DNA of 62,700 bases, filler included, from Sphacelaria rigidula (taxonomy: Eukaryota), in assembly GCA_964200075.2 (NCBI GenBank). It is 7 parts of 7 records of this genome, joined end to end, with 100 filler letters (N's around TTAATTAATTAA, not from the genome) between each part and the next. Parts side by side here need not be neighbours in the genome. Positions count along the whole stretch, not along the records: positions 44,860 to 53,730 come from CAXNAA020009879.1; positions 53,831 to 62,700 come from CAXNAA020009880.1; 5 more parts are not named here. One strand, written 5' to 3'. Below are positions 51,335 through 62,700 of this stretch, piece after piece; the first letter of the stretch is position 1; each line of letters starts with the position of its first letter. Both the position numbers and the translations under genes were made by a program. The notes beneath the pieces are model-generated. The model was given only the letters and a program-made list of their open reading frames with translations, was not told the DNA's origin and did no database searches.

Positions 51335-52308
51335 TGGGAGGAGAAAGTGAAGTTTGTGAAGACGTTGGAAACAGCACATATGGCAGCAGCTAAGAAGAGA
51401 CTTGGGCGCTCGAAAACAAAGAGTATTACAGTCTTGAGAACAGAGCTGGAAATGTATCCACTGAAAACAGAGACATGAGAAAGTTGAGATGGAAAAATAG
51501 CGTTAAGAATATGCAGATAAAGATATTGCCAGCCACTGTTGATAGGGCTGTATGAAAGAAAAGTACGAAGGAGCAGGCTGGAATAAGGTGGGATCAAGAA
51601 GTCGACAAAGTATGGAAGGAGACAGGAAGAAAACAAGATGAAATACTGTCCATAGGTGAAGGTGCAGGGTACAAGATAAAAGTAAGAGGCACGATGGAAA
51701 CAAGGGAAAGAGAAGGTATAAGATGCAAGGTAGAAGAACACCTGAAAGATATGGGGGGTTGAGAGAGGGGATCGGGATGGAAACATATCTGCGTGGCCCA
51801 ATGGACGCGGCGACAAAATGGAAACAGCTTTATCTGATGGGGGACCTGGACCTGTCAGAAAGAAGAAAGAAATATACCAGTAGTCGAGAGGAGAAGGGGG
51901 TAGATGCATAGAACTAACCGCCACTGTGCCAAAGCAATAGAGAGCAGAACTCATATAGCGGCAAAATGCGAACTATATTAGGAGGAACGGGACATGCTAG
52001 AGGGGAAAATGAGGGACGTGAACGAAGGTGGCATGAAGTCTTTTGATGCATTAGACAGTAGTGGGAAAACGATGGCTATACTAGGATATAGATGGCGGCC
52101 ACAGACGGCGAAACAGGACGGGGGTGAGATATGTGCAAGGTTTTTGTGTAGTGGGTGTGAGGAATGTAATGAGTACCCAAATGTTGGAGGTGTCTCTAAT
52201 AGGAGTAGGAACGGTGCTCCGTCTCGGAAGGGCTGCGTGGTCAATGGTCAAACGACGAAGGCAAGCAGCAAATGAGTTTGCTCCCCCCCACCCCCCCCCA
52301 CCCCCTCC
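51335..52308 (+). mobile_element. Degenerate LINE ORF2 3' region (family B) with C-rich tail
   Basis: Broken frames give VLRTELEMYPLKT, a Cys/His knuckle remnant (KAIESRTHIAAKCELY) and the C-terminus GAPSRKGCVVNGQTTKASSK, followed by atgagtttgctcccccccacccc. Confidence 0.75.
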
Positions 52309-53609
52309 CAGAAAAAAGCGAGTTCGTTAGCACACAACAACCGTTTCAGTTTCTTCAAGTATCCCAATGGAAGTACATAGATGTGAACTGCAGACCAACT
52401 CGCTCATGGACGCTCTACCGCTCAAGAAAAAAAATGAACAAGTCAAAATGCATCATCTATGATCTCAAGAACGTAACCAGATCACGCGGGGAAAAGTGTC
52501 GGGGTTCGAACCCGTGACCTTCCGCCCTTGTAAAAGTCTCTTATTCCAGTTAAGATACCAGAGTGCAGCGGTGTCACACAGATATTAGTATGACCTTTTG
52601 AATATTAGGATTTTCGAGCCGAACAAGGACCTTCAATATTCTTCATGGAAGCATCCAGAGCTTTATACTATGCGCGGGGTTACGACGCTTCAGTTCTATA
52701 TTCCACCTCTTATACCAGTTAGACAACGCGATTGTTGTTGTTTTTGTCTTCACATTAAAAACCGTTCCGATATCTGCGCGGTACATTCGTACTGGGCATC
52801 TGATGCGGACGCGTTCCGTGGTCAAAGACAAAAAAAAAAAAAAAAAAATAGACCCAGAGTCAAAACTCACAAAACGCGATACAAGCAAAACAGGAATAAA
52901 TAATGAAGAAGAAAGGGAGTACATATGGCTAACCTCAGAAGATCCGGTGCCGCCGGTGGCCATTCGGACTTCAGGGGGTGGCACTCGGTTTTCCAACTCG
53001 ACGCGCGACAAGTAAAAATGAACACAGGGTCCAACTACGGGCGAGACTCAAGGCCTCAAATACCGCCACCCAAAGAACGAAAGAACTAAGAATCGCAACG
53101 TTCCATCTTGCGGGCTCTCGAGGGGCAGCTAGACGTACAAGCATACCGGGTGTATCAAGACAAGAACTGCATGACATAACGACACCCCTCATCGGGGGGG
53201 GTTCACCCCCCACCCCCCACTTCTCTGGACCGCCGTCATTGCCGTGCGCGATACAGCGGTGTTACACAAAAAGTGGGTTGCCCTGTCCAATTTTGAGAGG
53301 TTTTGAGCCGAAATTTTACAAGAACCTTTCTTCTGCATGCGAGTTTAAAATTAATTCACGGAAGCAGCAAGTGTTTTTCATCGAGTGATGACATTTTCGT
53401 TGTTTTTCATAAATTTCGGATCGTTTCAGCTTTCCGTGTTTGTTCTTTCTTGGTTGCTTCAGCGATGTTTCGCGTTGTGATGATGTCAACCTCGTGTCAA
53501 ACGCTCAGCTTCCCCTAGCTCGTAGTGCGCGCAAATTAGCGGTCACTGTCGCCAAAGCCATGAAGTGAAATATTTCTGCAAAACGTGATCCTACGATAAG
53601 GGGCAGGTG

Positions 53610-53730
53610 GGAGTTACTCATGATCTTGCATGCCATAGCCATATGGCAGTTGACCTCGCACCCAGGACGGATCATGCCGGGTTTTCGCCGGGCCAGGCTC
53701 GCACTCGATCACCAAGCGCGAAGCGCCGTG
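53610..53730 (-). mobile_element. Family A 3' fragment
   Basis: Reverse complement matches 4840-4970 (cgcgcttggtgat...ccggcgaaaacccggc...ggcatgcaagatcatg). Confidence 0.75.
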
Positions 53731-53830
53731 NNNNNNNNNNNNNNNNNNNNNNNNNNNNNNNNNNNNNNNNNNNNTTAATTAATTAANNNNNNNNNNNNNN
53801 NNNNNNNNNNNNNNNNNNNNNNNNNNNNNN

Positions 53831-54600
<770 letters not shown>

Positions 54601-57162
54601 TAAGCGATTTCAGACCTATTTATTGTCAGATTCCCGGTCTGATGGCGATAACTACGGATTGAAGCATGTGAAGGTTCCGTAGAACTCGTGTTGGAAATGC
54701 ATATTGATAATTTCAGAACTTGAAAGGCACTGATCGATCGAGGCACCTTTCCCCTCTTGGCACCACCCCTACACAAAAATCAGGCTATGTTACCCTCCTC
54801 CGTTGTCCATGACGGCCAGTATGATCCTCCGTTGTCCATGGCGGCCAGTATGATCTCATGAATGCGACAATTGAGCAGGTAATACGAAAGGCATTTGCTA
54901 ATGAATAACGAGTGGGTCAAATCCGTGTTCTCGCTCTCACGTGCATTCTGTCTTGGAGGCGGCTCCGACCCGCGGCTAAATGGGGTCTGGTGGACAAACA
55001 TCTAAGCGGAGCCTCACCCCCAACCCCAACCACAGATAGACCGAGGACCACCGGATAATAAGGGAGGTGCAGGGGGTGCTCTAGGCTAAGTGTGCGTTGG
55101 CAGAGCTCACATTGGTGTCTATTGGGGCCGAAACGCGTGCTACGCACGATAGCGCCTATCCTAGACTGCCAGCTTGCTAAAGATTAATACTTAGTTTTCA
55201 CAAGAAAACCAAGTACGTTTCAACCATGGAGTATGGTGACGGGTTGGGGGAATTTTTTGCTTCTTCACCACTCGCTACCGACGCGGGAGGAGCCTTTACA
55301 TCCTCGAACCGATCCGTCGATGCACATATCTACCTTCAAGTGACACTCATCTACTGGTAAGGACACGTTTTCTTGCCTATATACTCTGTGACAGCGGCGA
55401 GAAAGACAGTCTGCCACTCACGACATCAGGAACGAAACGACCGCTTCTACACCATATATATCATCGTCGTTCTCTCCCGCGTCATGACACATCATCATTA
55501 GCAGCAGCAGCAGCTGCTGCAGTTCTGTCGTCCAAATCCCACACCGCCTCGCGATATCCTCAAGCTGTGAGGGTATTCAATGCTGGCGTGATATCTACGG
55601 GGACGACCTTCTGAATCTCGCTGAAATGTTGTAATGTAGATCCGGTCAGAAATCCAAAAAATAGCCCTGAGCGTCATTTTCGAGGCAAGAGAGGAGGGGG
55701 ATAGATTTTTTGGAACCGGGTGAGATATGGAGCCCACAAGTCTGCACGACCGACACAGCGGTCGGTAACAGTCCGAGGGATGCAGTCTCGGAAATCACAG
55801 ACACTTGGAAAATATTTTGGACAGAATCGCTGTTCGCAGCAACAAAATTGTCGCTTGTAAAAGAAAACGGGATACGGCAGCCTGAGCCTATTGCAGGCAC
55901 GAAACAGAACGGTCGCAACGGCATCAATACCTACCCCATTTCTACGAAACAACGTTGAAGACACGCGGTGACGGACTTATCCTTCGCGTGGAACGGCGCA
56001 GCAGACCCTGCCCAACAGGAGTTCCCCCTACGAGAGGGTAGAGAGAGATAGAACAAGGGACAGAGACAGACAGAGGAACCAACCGCCAGTCGTGCTGGGA
56101 GCGCGTGTACTGCAGGGGTAGACCAACCACTCTACGAGCTTGATTACACCCGTTGTTCGGATACCGAATTATGCTGTGTATCCGGCGGACTGCAGCACTG
56201 CCGCCTCGTCCCCATAAAGTTCGTGCGTGCCACCACTTGTATCCCAGCGCAAGCAAGTTAGGTTTTGAAGAATAACTCCACAAAACTGTGGTTTCGCGGC
56301 CAGTTTTGAAAATACAGAAATAAGCATACCCCCCCTCCCCCCCCCCCCCAATCCCCGCGGGGCCGCTTTTCAGCCAGTATGGACATTTCTAACTGTGGTG
56401 CCGGAGATACGACAGATCACATGTGAGCTCTCATTTCTGTATAATCGAAGACGTCGAACAGCCTTCGTGTATGCCATGTCATGTGGAATAGCCTTAACCC
56501 TCCACTACTAAACGGTCTTCTACATCTATCCTCGGCCCGGCATGCTTCAACAACGCGCAATGCACCGCATGGTCCAGAGTAACAGCGGTTCAAGTCGAAA
56601 ATCTATTTTGCGGGGACTCGTTGTTTTCACTCAATGATACAGAGAAACGGCCGCTGGTAGACTTGAGTAAAAACATACTCTGAAGAGACTACCAATGGGG
56701 GGTATATTGCCATAACTCAACTATCACTTGGTTAGTATCATCACACCTTGAACGAGATCCGCGGTGGTACAAGTAGTGTTGACCCATGGTACACGAGGTG
56801 TAACGTCTTGCCCTCCAACTCAAAACAGCGTAGAAATAAAATTGCGCTGTATTGACTAGAGATGAAGACGACGAAATGAGCCTGCTGCTAGTGCTGTACT
56901 GCATACGGCATCTCCACGCTGGGTTTAGACAACATATCGTGCACGGAAAGTCGAGAGTATTGCTCATGGTTCGAACACACACTCACTGCGGAGGGAATTT
57001 GAAGCAGAAGATCGGACCAAAACTGACATGCGTGCGAAGTCAGCCAGCATATGTTTCACTTGTTAGAAATAGCAAAGGAAAAGCGTAGTCAAAGACCAGA
57101 CGAAAAACAAGACAGCCACCGGAAATCACAATGAGTGAAAAACGTCCTCATTGTTGTCTTAC

Positions 57163-57322
57163 TTGATCTCCAGTGTATACGTCGTGGGCTCCCGGGATCT
57201 CCTCTGGTTCGGGGCTTGGAGAGTGTCCCGGGTCCGGAATCCAAGGCCCGGGCGCTGTCTTGGCTACTAACGTTCCCCACTGTAATCCTCGGTAGTATGG
57301 ATGTCGTTTCAAATCATCCATT
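57163..57322 (-). CDS. AGC-family protein kinase (PKA/PKG-like), C-tail exon
   Basis: MDDLKRHPYYRGLQWGTLVAKTAPGPWIPDP...YTGDQ matches AGC dIKxHpwF..idW..L......P(W/F)xP. Phase-2 join to the previous exon. Confidence 0.85.
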
Positions 57323-58459
57323 CTGGGAAAAAATGCAGAACGTACGAGGGAACACAAACAGGTGAAGACGAAAAAAAGAACAGAAATGAAATGAGAACAA
57401 ATGAATAGTGAAGGCTTTCGACGAAAGTATACATTTTAGCTTTTGCACTCCTAACAGAGCTGTAATTTGGAAGCTGCTCACCTTCACGCCTAGGTTTTTA
57501 CATCTTCGGTACGATGCATGCATTACCTCGGGCTTGACTAGCCGCATCTCCAGTTCTACGACGATGTACTGGCAGCTCGCGATTGCAATTGAAAGGAGAG
57601 TTGACTCAGTCGATTTGAGCGCTCAAAATACTCTGGTCTTTGTAAACATGATCTTCGAAAACGTCTGGGGTTCAAAAGGCCTGCCTCTTCGGCCAACCTG
57701 TGATGAGGCCCTTTGAAGCAGCCAACCTTAATAATGTTGCCTGTGTCGAACGAATACGTCGCAGAGTCGCCTCGACGATACCTCAGGTGAAGGACGAGGT
57801 CCTGAGCGTTCGGCGGGCAGCTTCAGCGAGAAATTGAGTTGTCTAGGAGAGCGACGCGGGCTGTTGGAAGTCTTTCGTCGCAATTCGCACGGGATATTTT
57901 CGACTCTTGGAACTCCGTGCGATTCCGCGCCCTGTCGCGCAAGGTTTACGAAATCCCACTACCCGTGGGAGGCAGTTGGAGTCTTATTCCTTAGTATGAG
58001 CCACCGCCGTCTCTGCATTGGTGTGTAGCTCTCAAGAAATACTGACACAAAATCGACCCATATCTGGCAATTTGTCTTATTTTTTGTTTCCCAGAGAAGG
58101 TATTTATATTTGTCAAAAACAGCTTTCGGCCAGTTTGCTCTTCTTTGCACGACGCATGCGTGTGTCGAGCTAGACGGATTTCGGTGAAATGTTGAACACC
58201 AATCTAAAAGGCATGGGAAATTATTCATGTTCCACACAAATCTGAGGTTTTCAGTTAGTTGACTGGGGAGGTGAGGGCATCTCACGACAAAGGGCTATAG
58301 CCGCAATGGGCTGTGCGTTGTCATTCCTTGTGTTTCTTGTATGGACAATGAAGCTTTCCCCTCGTACGTGCCATGCTCCACCGGAGGAACACACGCACTC
58401 ACAGAAATATAGATTTGTCGTTTTGGTTACACTTTCAGCCTCCACTCTGTTCTACCCGG

Positions 58460-58749
58460 GGACGGGTCCGTGGCCTCAAGGGATCAACCCATCTCTTTCC
58501 CAATAAAGCCTTACATTCTGGTCTCGCGGAGTGGATCAGCCCTGTTGCACCACGTGGACTCTCATCAACCAACGCAGCAACAGCAAACTGCTTTTGGTAC
58601 TCACGAACGCCTTCACTTTTTCAACGGCGTAAACAAGATCTCTGAAGAAAACAAACAAGCGGATCCCACCGCAGTCCAACCCACGTCATTTCAAACCTGA
58701 CGGTGTCCGTCGTATCATATTGATGTACACCACCGGAGCGCGGCGACAA
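58460..58749 (-). mobile_element. SINE family 2 copy
   Basis: Similar to 17985-18470 (gcgga.tggatcagc, gagcgcggcgacaa end) and to the reverse complement of 36655-37030. Confidence 0.6.
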
Positions 58750-58865
58750 GCAAAATAGAGGTGAAGAACAAAAGTTAGGACGAATGAAGGAAAATTAGGG
58801 AGCAACCATTACATCATTGACGAAAAAAACGCATCTTCACTCTGGAAATAGTGGCCACATTGACT

Positions 58866-59218
58866 GCCGGTCGCCCCGGTGGCTCAGTTGGTAACCTCGA
58901 AACCTTTTGACGGTTGGGTCGTGGGCTCTATTTTCGGAGCAATCTGAGATTTTGTCTCCCACCATGGCCAACAGTGGAGAGCGACTATGTCGTGGGTACA
59001 CAAAATTCGACTTGACGGTCGACGAGGGAAAAGGACTGCTGAACCCCTTTTGCGATAAAAAAAAGGCAAGCACCGCAGAAGGAAGATGGGGTACTAAAAA
59101 TAAAAAAATAAAAAAATTCCGGTGTTGACCTTCCTCCTGTGTGACCCCGGCTGGTACGCCCACATATACCGATAGGTGTAGACTGGCGTCCAGAATGGAT
59201 GGGACGACAACACACACA
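58866..59218 (+). mobile_element. tRNA-derived SINE family 1, near full length
   Basis: gccggtcgccccggtggctcagttggtaac head with A box, and a (CA)n tail. Partial copies at about 59460-59640 and 26757-26816. Confidence 0.82.
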
Positions 59219-60740
59219 TTGACGTCGCCTCGAATCGTTCAGCCTGACTTATTTTGCTATTGTCAACAATGAGTTGGTGACGTGGATGTTGAAAAATATC
59301 GACTGGGTCCTAGAGTGCAGAAACATCACGATAAGTCCGCAAGGTGGACACATGTGACAAAGTACTCCCATTTCGAAAGTTCAATTCCGTCAAGCCGTGA
59401 CTTATATATCGGTGTTCAGCGGGGGTACGGTTCTTGCAATATGCCAAACATTTCAAAGCGATGATTTCATGAGTAAGCAGATTATTTTTACCAATTGACG
59501 GGGGAAAGACACGGCCGAGCCCTTCTCGTGATAAAATTTGGGGTAAACATCGCACAAAAAAGGTAGACAAATATAAGAATCGGTTTTGACCTTCCTCCTA
59601 CGTGAATCCAGATGGTGCCCCACATACACCGGAAGGTACAGGCGAATAGAGTAAATGAGACGAAGATACTCAGACGCGCGCACACCATGATGCTTTGTGT
59701 GATTGCTAGCCACGGCAGAAGTGTCGTCAAGATTGTGCGGTGAGATAACGCTTTGCAAGTCGGACACCATAGCTACGGTAATTGGGTGGTCATAACAGGG
59801 GTCGGATAAGTTGTGAAAACCGCCGATTATGCAGAGAACTTCGGTGGACTCGAAGTTTATCTTTCTTTGCCACTTCAGCTGGATCGTGTAGGCTACAGCG
59901 CACACCGCCTGGAAGGACGTAGCAACTACCCCAACACTCGTTGACCTCGCACCGGAGAACCCTCGGGGACGGTTTTTGAACGTGATTATTTTTACGACAA
60001 CGGTTATGTAGGCGAAGGAGGGGGCGGCTTCAAGCGACAGATGACTTCCACGTCCGCATGGTTTGCTCAAAGACAAATGCCTTTGATGTCAGCAGCGACA
60101 TCGCTGTCGACATGAACGCGTCTTCAAAACGTCCGCAACGTATGACACCCAATGCTAATGTATTACGTTAGAGCTTGAGCACACAGGGCTGTTAGAGCAT
60201 TTGCGCCCGTCGCTCGAGTATTCAAGGAAACTAACAAGAAACAAATCACCGCAGTGGGAAAGAAAAGTGTGCAACGCGAAGCCGCACAGAAACAATTTGG
60301 GTACAGCGGAAAATGTGTGAGCTTAAACATGAAGCGGAAAGTGGAGCCGAAACAGCAGCCAGGCTCCAACACGACACAGTCACTCCCATGGTCATCGCGA
60401 CGACGAAGTCCCACGGCAAGGAGATAGCGCCGTTAGCACGTGAAGGCAGCCTTGATTCAACGCACTTACCCAGTCTTCACTGAGCTGTCAGTGTACGCAC
60501 ACAAGGGTGCCCTTCTTTCAGTCTTAGGCAGTACGCCTTTCGTCCCACGCAGTAACGTTTATAGTCTACACCCAGCACCTGTTTTCAACCTACACCCAGT
60601 GCATGTTTCGGCTTTCACGCAGTGCCTTCGTCAGTCTGCTGCACGCGATGATCCCTGTGGTCTATCGTCAATCAGCACTCTTTGCAGTCTACACGATAAT
60701 TACCTGCTTACTTTAATCGCGATTTGTCTTCCCTGCTCAC

Positions 60741-60961
60741 CCGTCGGCCAAGTTGCCCAACCTATCGCCCGGTTCAAACGCCAGCAATCCCGATATCATA
60801 TTTCGGCATTCCTCTCCGCCCGCTCGGTCATCGAAGGGTACCGGAAACTGCACTCCTCTCTTCTTGACGCACGCAATGCTGGTGAAGAGCTGCGCCATGT
60901 CTTGCTCCGAGCCGGCAGCTGCGAACGGCGTTCGTGCTTCCACCAATTCGAATATGATCAC
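60741..60961 (-). CDS. AGC-family protein kinase, subdomains IX-XI exon
   Basis: VIIFELVEARTPF...CRNMISGLLAFEPGDRLGNLADG. ttag acceptor, GG|gtgagc donor. Confidence 0.88.
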
Positions 60962-62700
60962 CTAACAATAATGACGGTTTCAGAAGGTCAGCGTGCTCTG
61001 GCATGCAATCAACAACGATACACTCAGGGGGTCGAGATTAAAACTTGAACAAAAGCACGAAGAACGATTCGGGGAGAACGACGGCATGGGTAGAAATATG
61101 GAGCTCTAGTCGTGTAAATTCCTTGCCGTGGCATATCCCGCTGAAGAGTACACCGAGCTTGAACACGGAAATTTAAAAATAGAGCGAGAAAGTGAGACAG
61201 CTCGCGTGGGCTGACGGTCATTCATACCGTTCGTTCGGTCGGGGGTAGCGTAGGATACAAGCTAGAGGTCGCACACGATTTGTGAGCCATGTCCTCCGTA
61301 AATATTAACTCAAACTGCACGCAGGGGTTTGACTAGCACATCCGATCGTATCCGGCCACTTTAATCGTGGAAAGTAATGCGATTTGTATCTTGACAACAC
61401 CTTGTCCGGACTTTGTTCAAAGTTCCCGTAGGAGAAAGCGGCAACTTCATTTGATTGGCTGGTTGTCGCACCTTAGCTGACCACCCAGGTAGTCATGATG
61501 CAGTCTTACCGTGGTCATTATCGACATGATAAACGTGCCCGAGACAAAACAAACCAATAGAGGAGACTAATAATAGGGGGAGAAATTGAAGGGATAAAAT
61601 AAATAATGAAAACGTCTTATTCTTGCATAATTGTAACGACGGCGAAGTGACCCCTTTTCACGGGGGCACGATTGCGTAGATGCTCAATCTTCCCATCACC
61701 GTATGACGGAGGAGGCTGTGAGTTCAAATCCGACCTCGATCACCGCGAAAAAAAGGAAAGGTACATGCTCTCACGGAAGTTCAGAGGGACACTCTCCCCA
61801 TCAGCTAATAACGTCGCGTGCATGACCGTGCTGGGGTCAAATTATATTCATCGTTCCTCAAATCTGTCTCCGAGACAGGGCGAAACCCGCACGGCACTGG
61901 AGCATACCATAGTTGAATAAAGTACGTTTGTGGGACACTAGCTGCTAACCTAGGTATGTTGGCTGTGCCTCTTTGCCTCTTTGCCTGCCAACCCCTTGTC
62001 TATTCTGTGGGATTCAACAAGCGAGCAACGCAGCTATAGTTGGTCGTTTTGCATTCATTTGGTTTGCAAACCGCCACAAGAGCCTGGATCTCAAGTACAC
62101 GAGAACAATATCTGTACACAATTGTACTATCACCATTGTGTATGTGTGGTAGATATTGCAGTTGCCTCAGAATGGATCTCAACAAATAACGCATGAGACG
62201 AGTATTTGGCCGCTGAACACGTGAACCTAACAATACATTCCTATATGAGCTTGATATATAGATGTAGCCATGAAATGCGGGTATACAGTACTCGTTGGAG
62301 ATGGGCGGGATGGCGTAATAGTCGTCCGTTCCAAACAATGTACTTTTGTGTTACAGTTTCTTTCTGAAATACACGTTAATTTTTTGTTTTGAGTCGTAAA
62401 ACGATAGAGGAGGTAAGAAAACAGAAAATGTGATGAGAGTCATCCTACGATAGGGGGGGGGGGGGGGGGGGGTTTATTGTTGGGAAAAAAAAAAGAGGCG
62501 AAGGGGGGGGGGGGGAGGGGGATTATATGATTGCACGAAAAAAAGAGGCTCATAGGTGTGTCAGACGACCTGCCACACTCGTGGTGCGCTTGTAATTGGT
62601 GAAAAACGGTATCAAGCCGTAGGAATGAGCGCTATATATATATATATATATAACAAGCTCGTTCGAACAACCCTTGCTGCCTCTAACGACGATTTGACTT

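Noticed and set aside
52640..53220. Possible upstream ROCO exons (LRR or P-loop)
   Set aside because: No LxxLxLxxN or GxxxxGKT motif in the minus-strand ORFs examined.
54797..54856. 29-bp tandem duplication
   Set aside because: An ordinary local duplication with no further structure.
58866..58945. Functional tRNA gene
   Set aside because: No intact cloverleaf; it is the head of a multi-copy SINE.
59700..60080. LINE endonuclease remnant (LCIIGGFHN resembling GDFN)
   Set aside because: A single weak motif lacking the catalytic Asp; insufficient support.

Overview
Eukaryotic nuclear DNA, most likely from a brown alga or related photosynthetic stramenopile. This is inferred from short exons in kb-long repeat-rich introns, bipartite plastid-targeting presequences and a brown-algal-style ROCO gene. 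The window is not one locus. It is seven unlinked contigs of about 8.87 kb (1-8872, 8973-17844, 17945-26816, 26917-35788, 35889-44759, 44860-53730, 53831-62700), joined by an artificial 100-bp N/TTAATTAATTAA/N linker. Recognisable spliced gene fragments: ALG2 mannosyltransferase (3 exons), a USP/peptidase C19 deubiquitinase, a probable plastid Obg GTPase first exon, two divergent organelle-targeted first exons, the 3' half of a ROCO (Roc-COR) GTPase gene (8 exons) and the C-terminal exons of an AGC kinase. The rest is mostly mobile DNA: two tRNA-derived SINE families, LINE 3' ends, hAT- and mariner-type MITEs, a 1.9-kb foldback element, a degenerate RT relic, tandem repeats and microsatellites. 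The two best leads are (i) the ROCO gene, which ends in two duplicated 45-nt phase-0 microexons and a predicted double transmembrane anchor, and (ii) two related non-LTR element families with C-rich rather than poly(A) tails, whose target-site duplications begin at C-runs. Neither can be shown to be undescribed without database searches.
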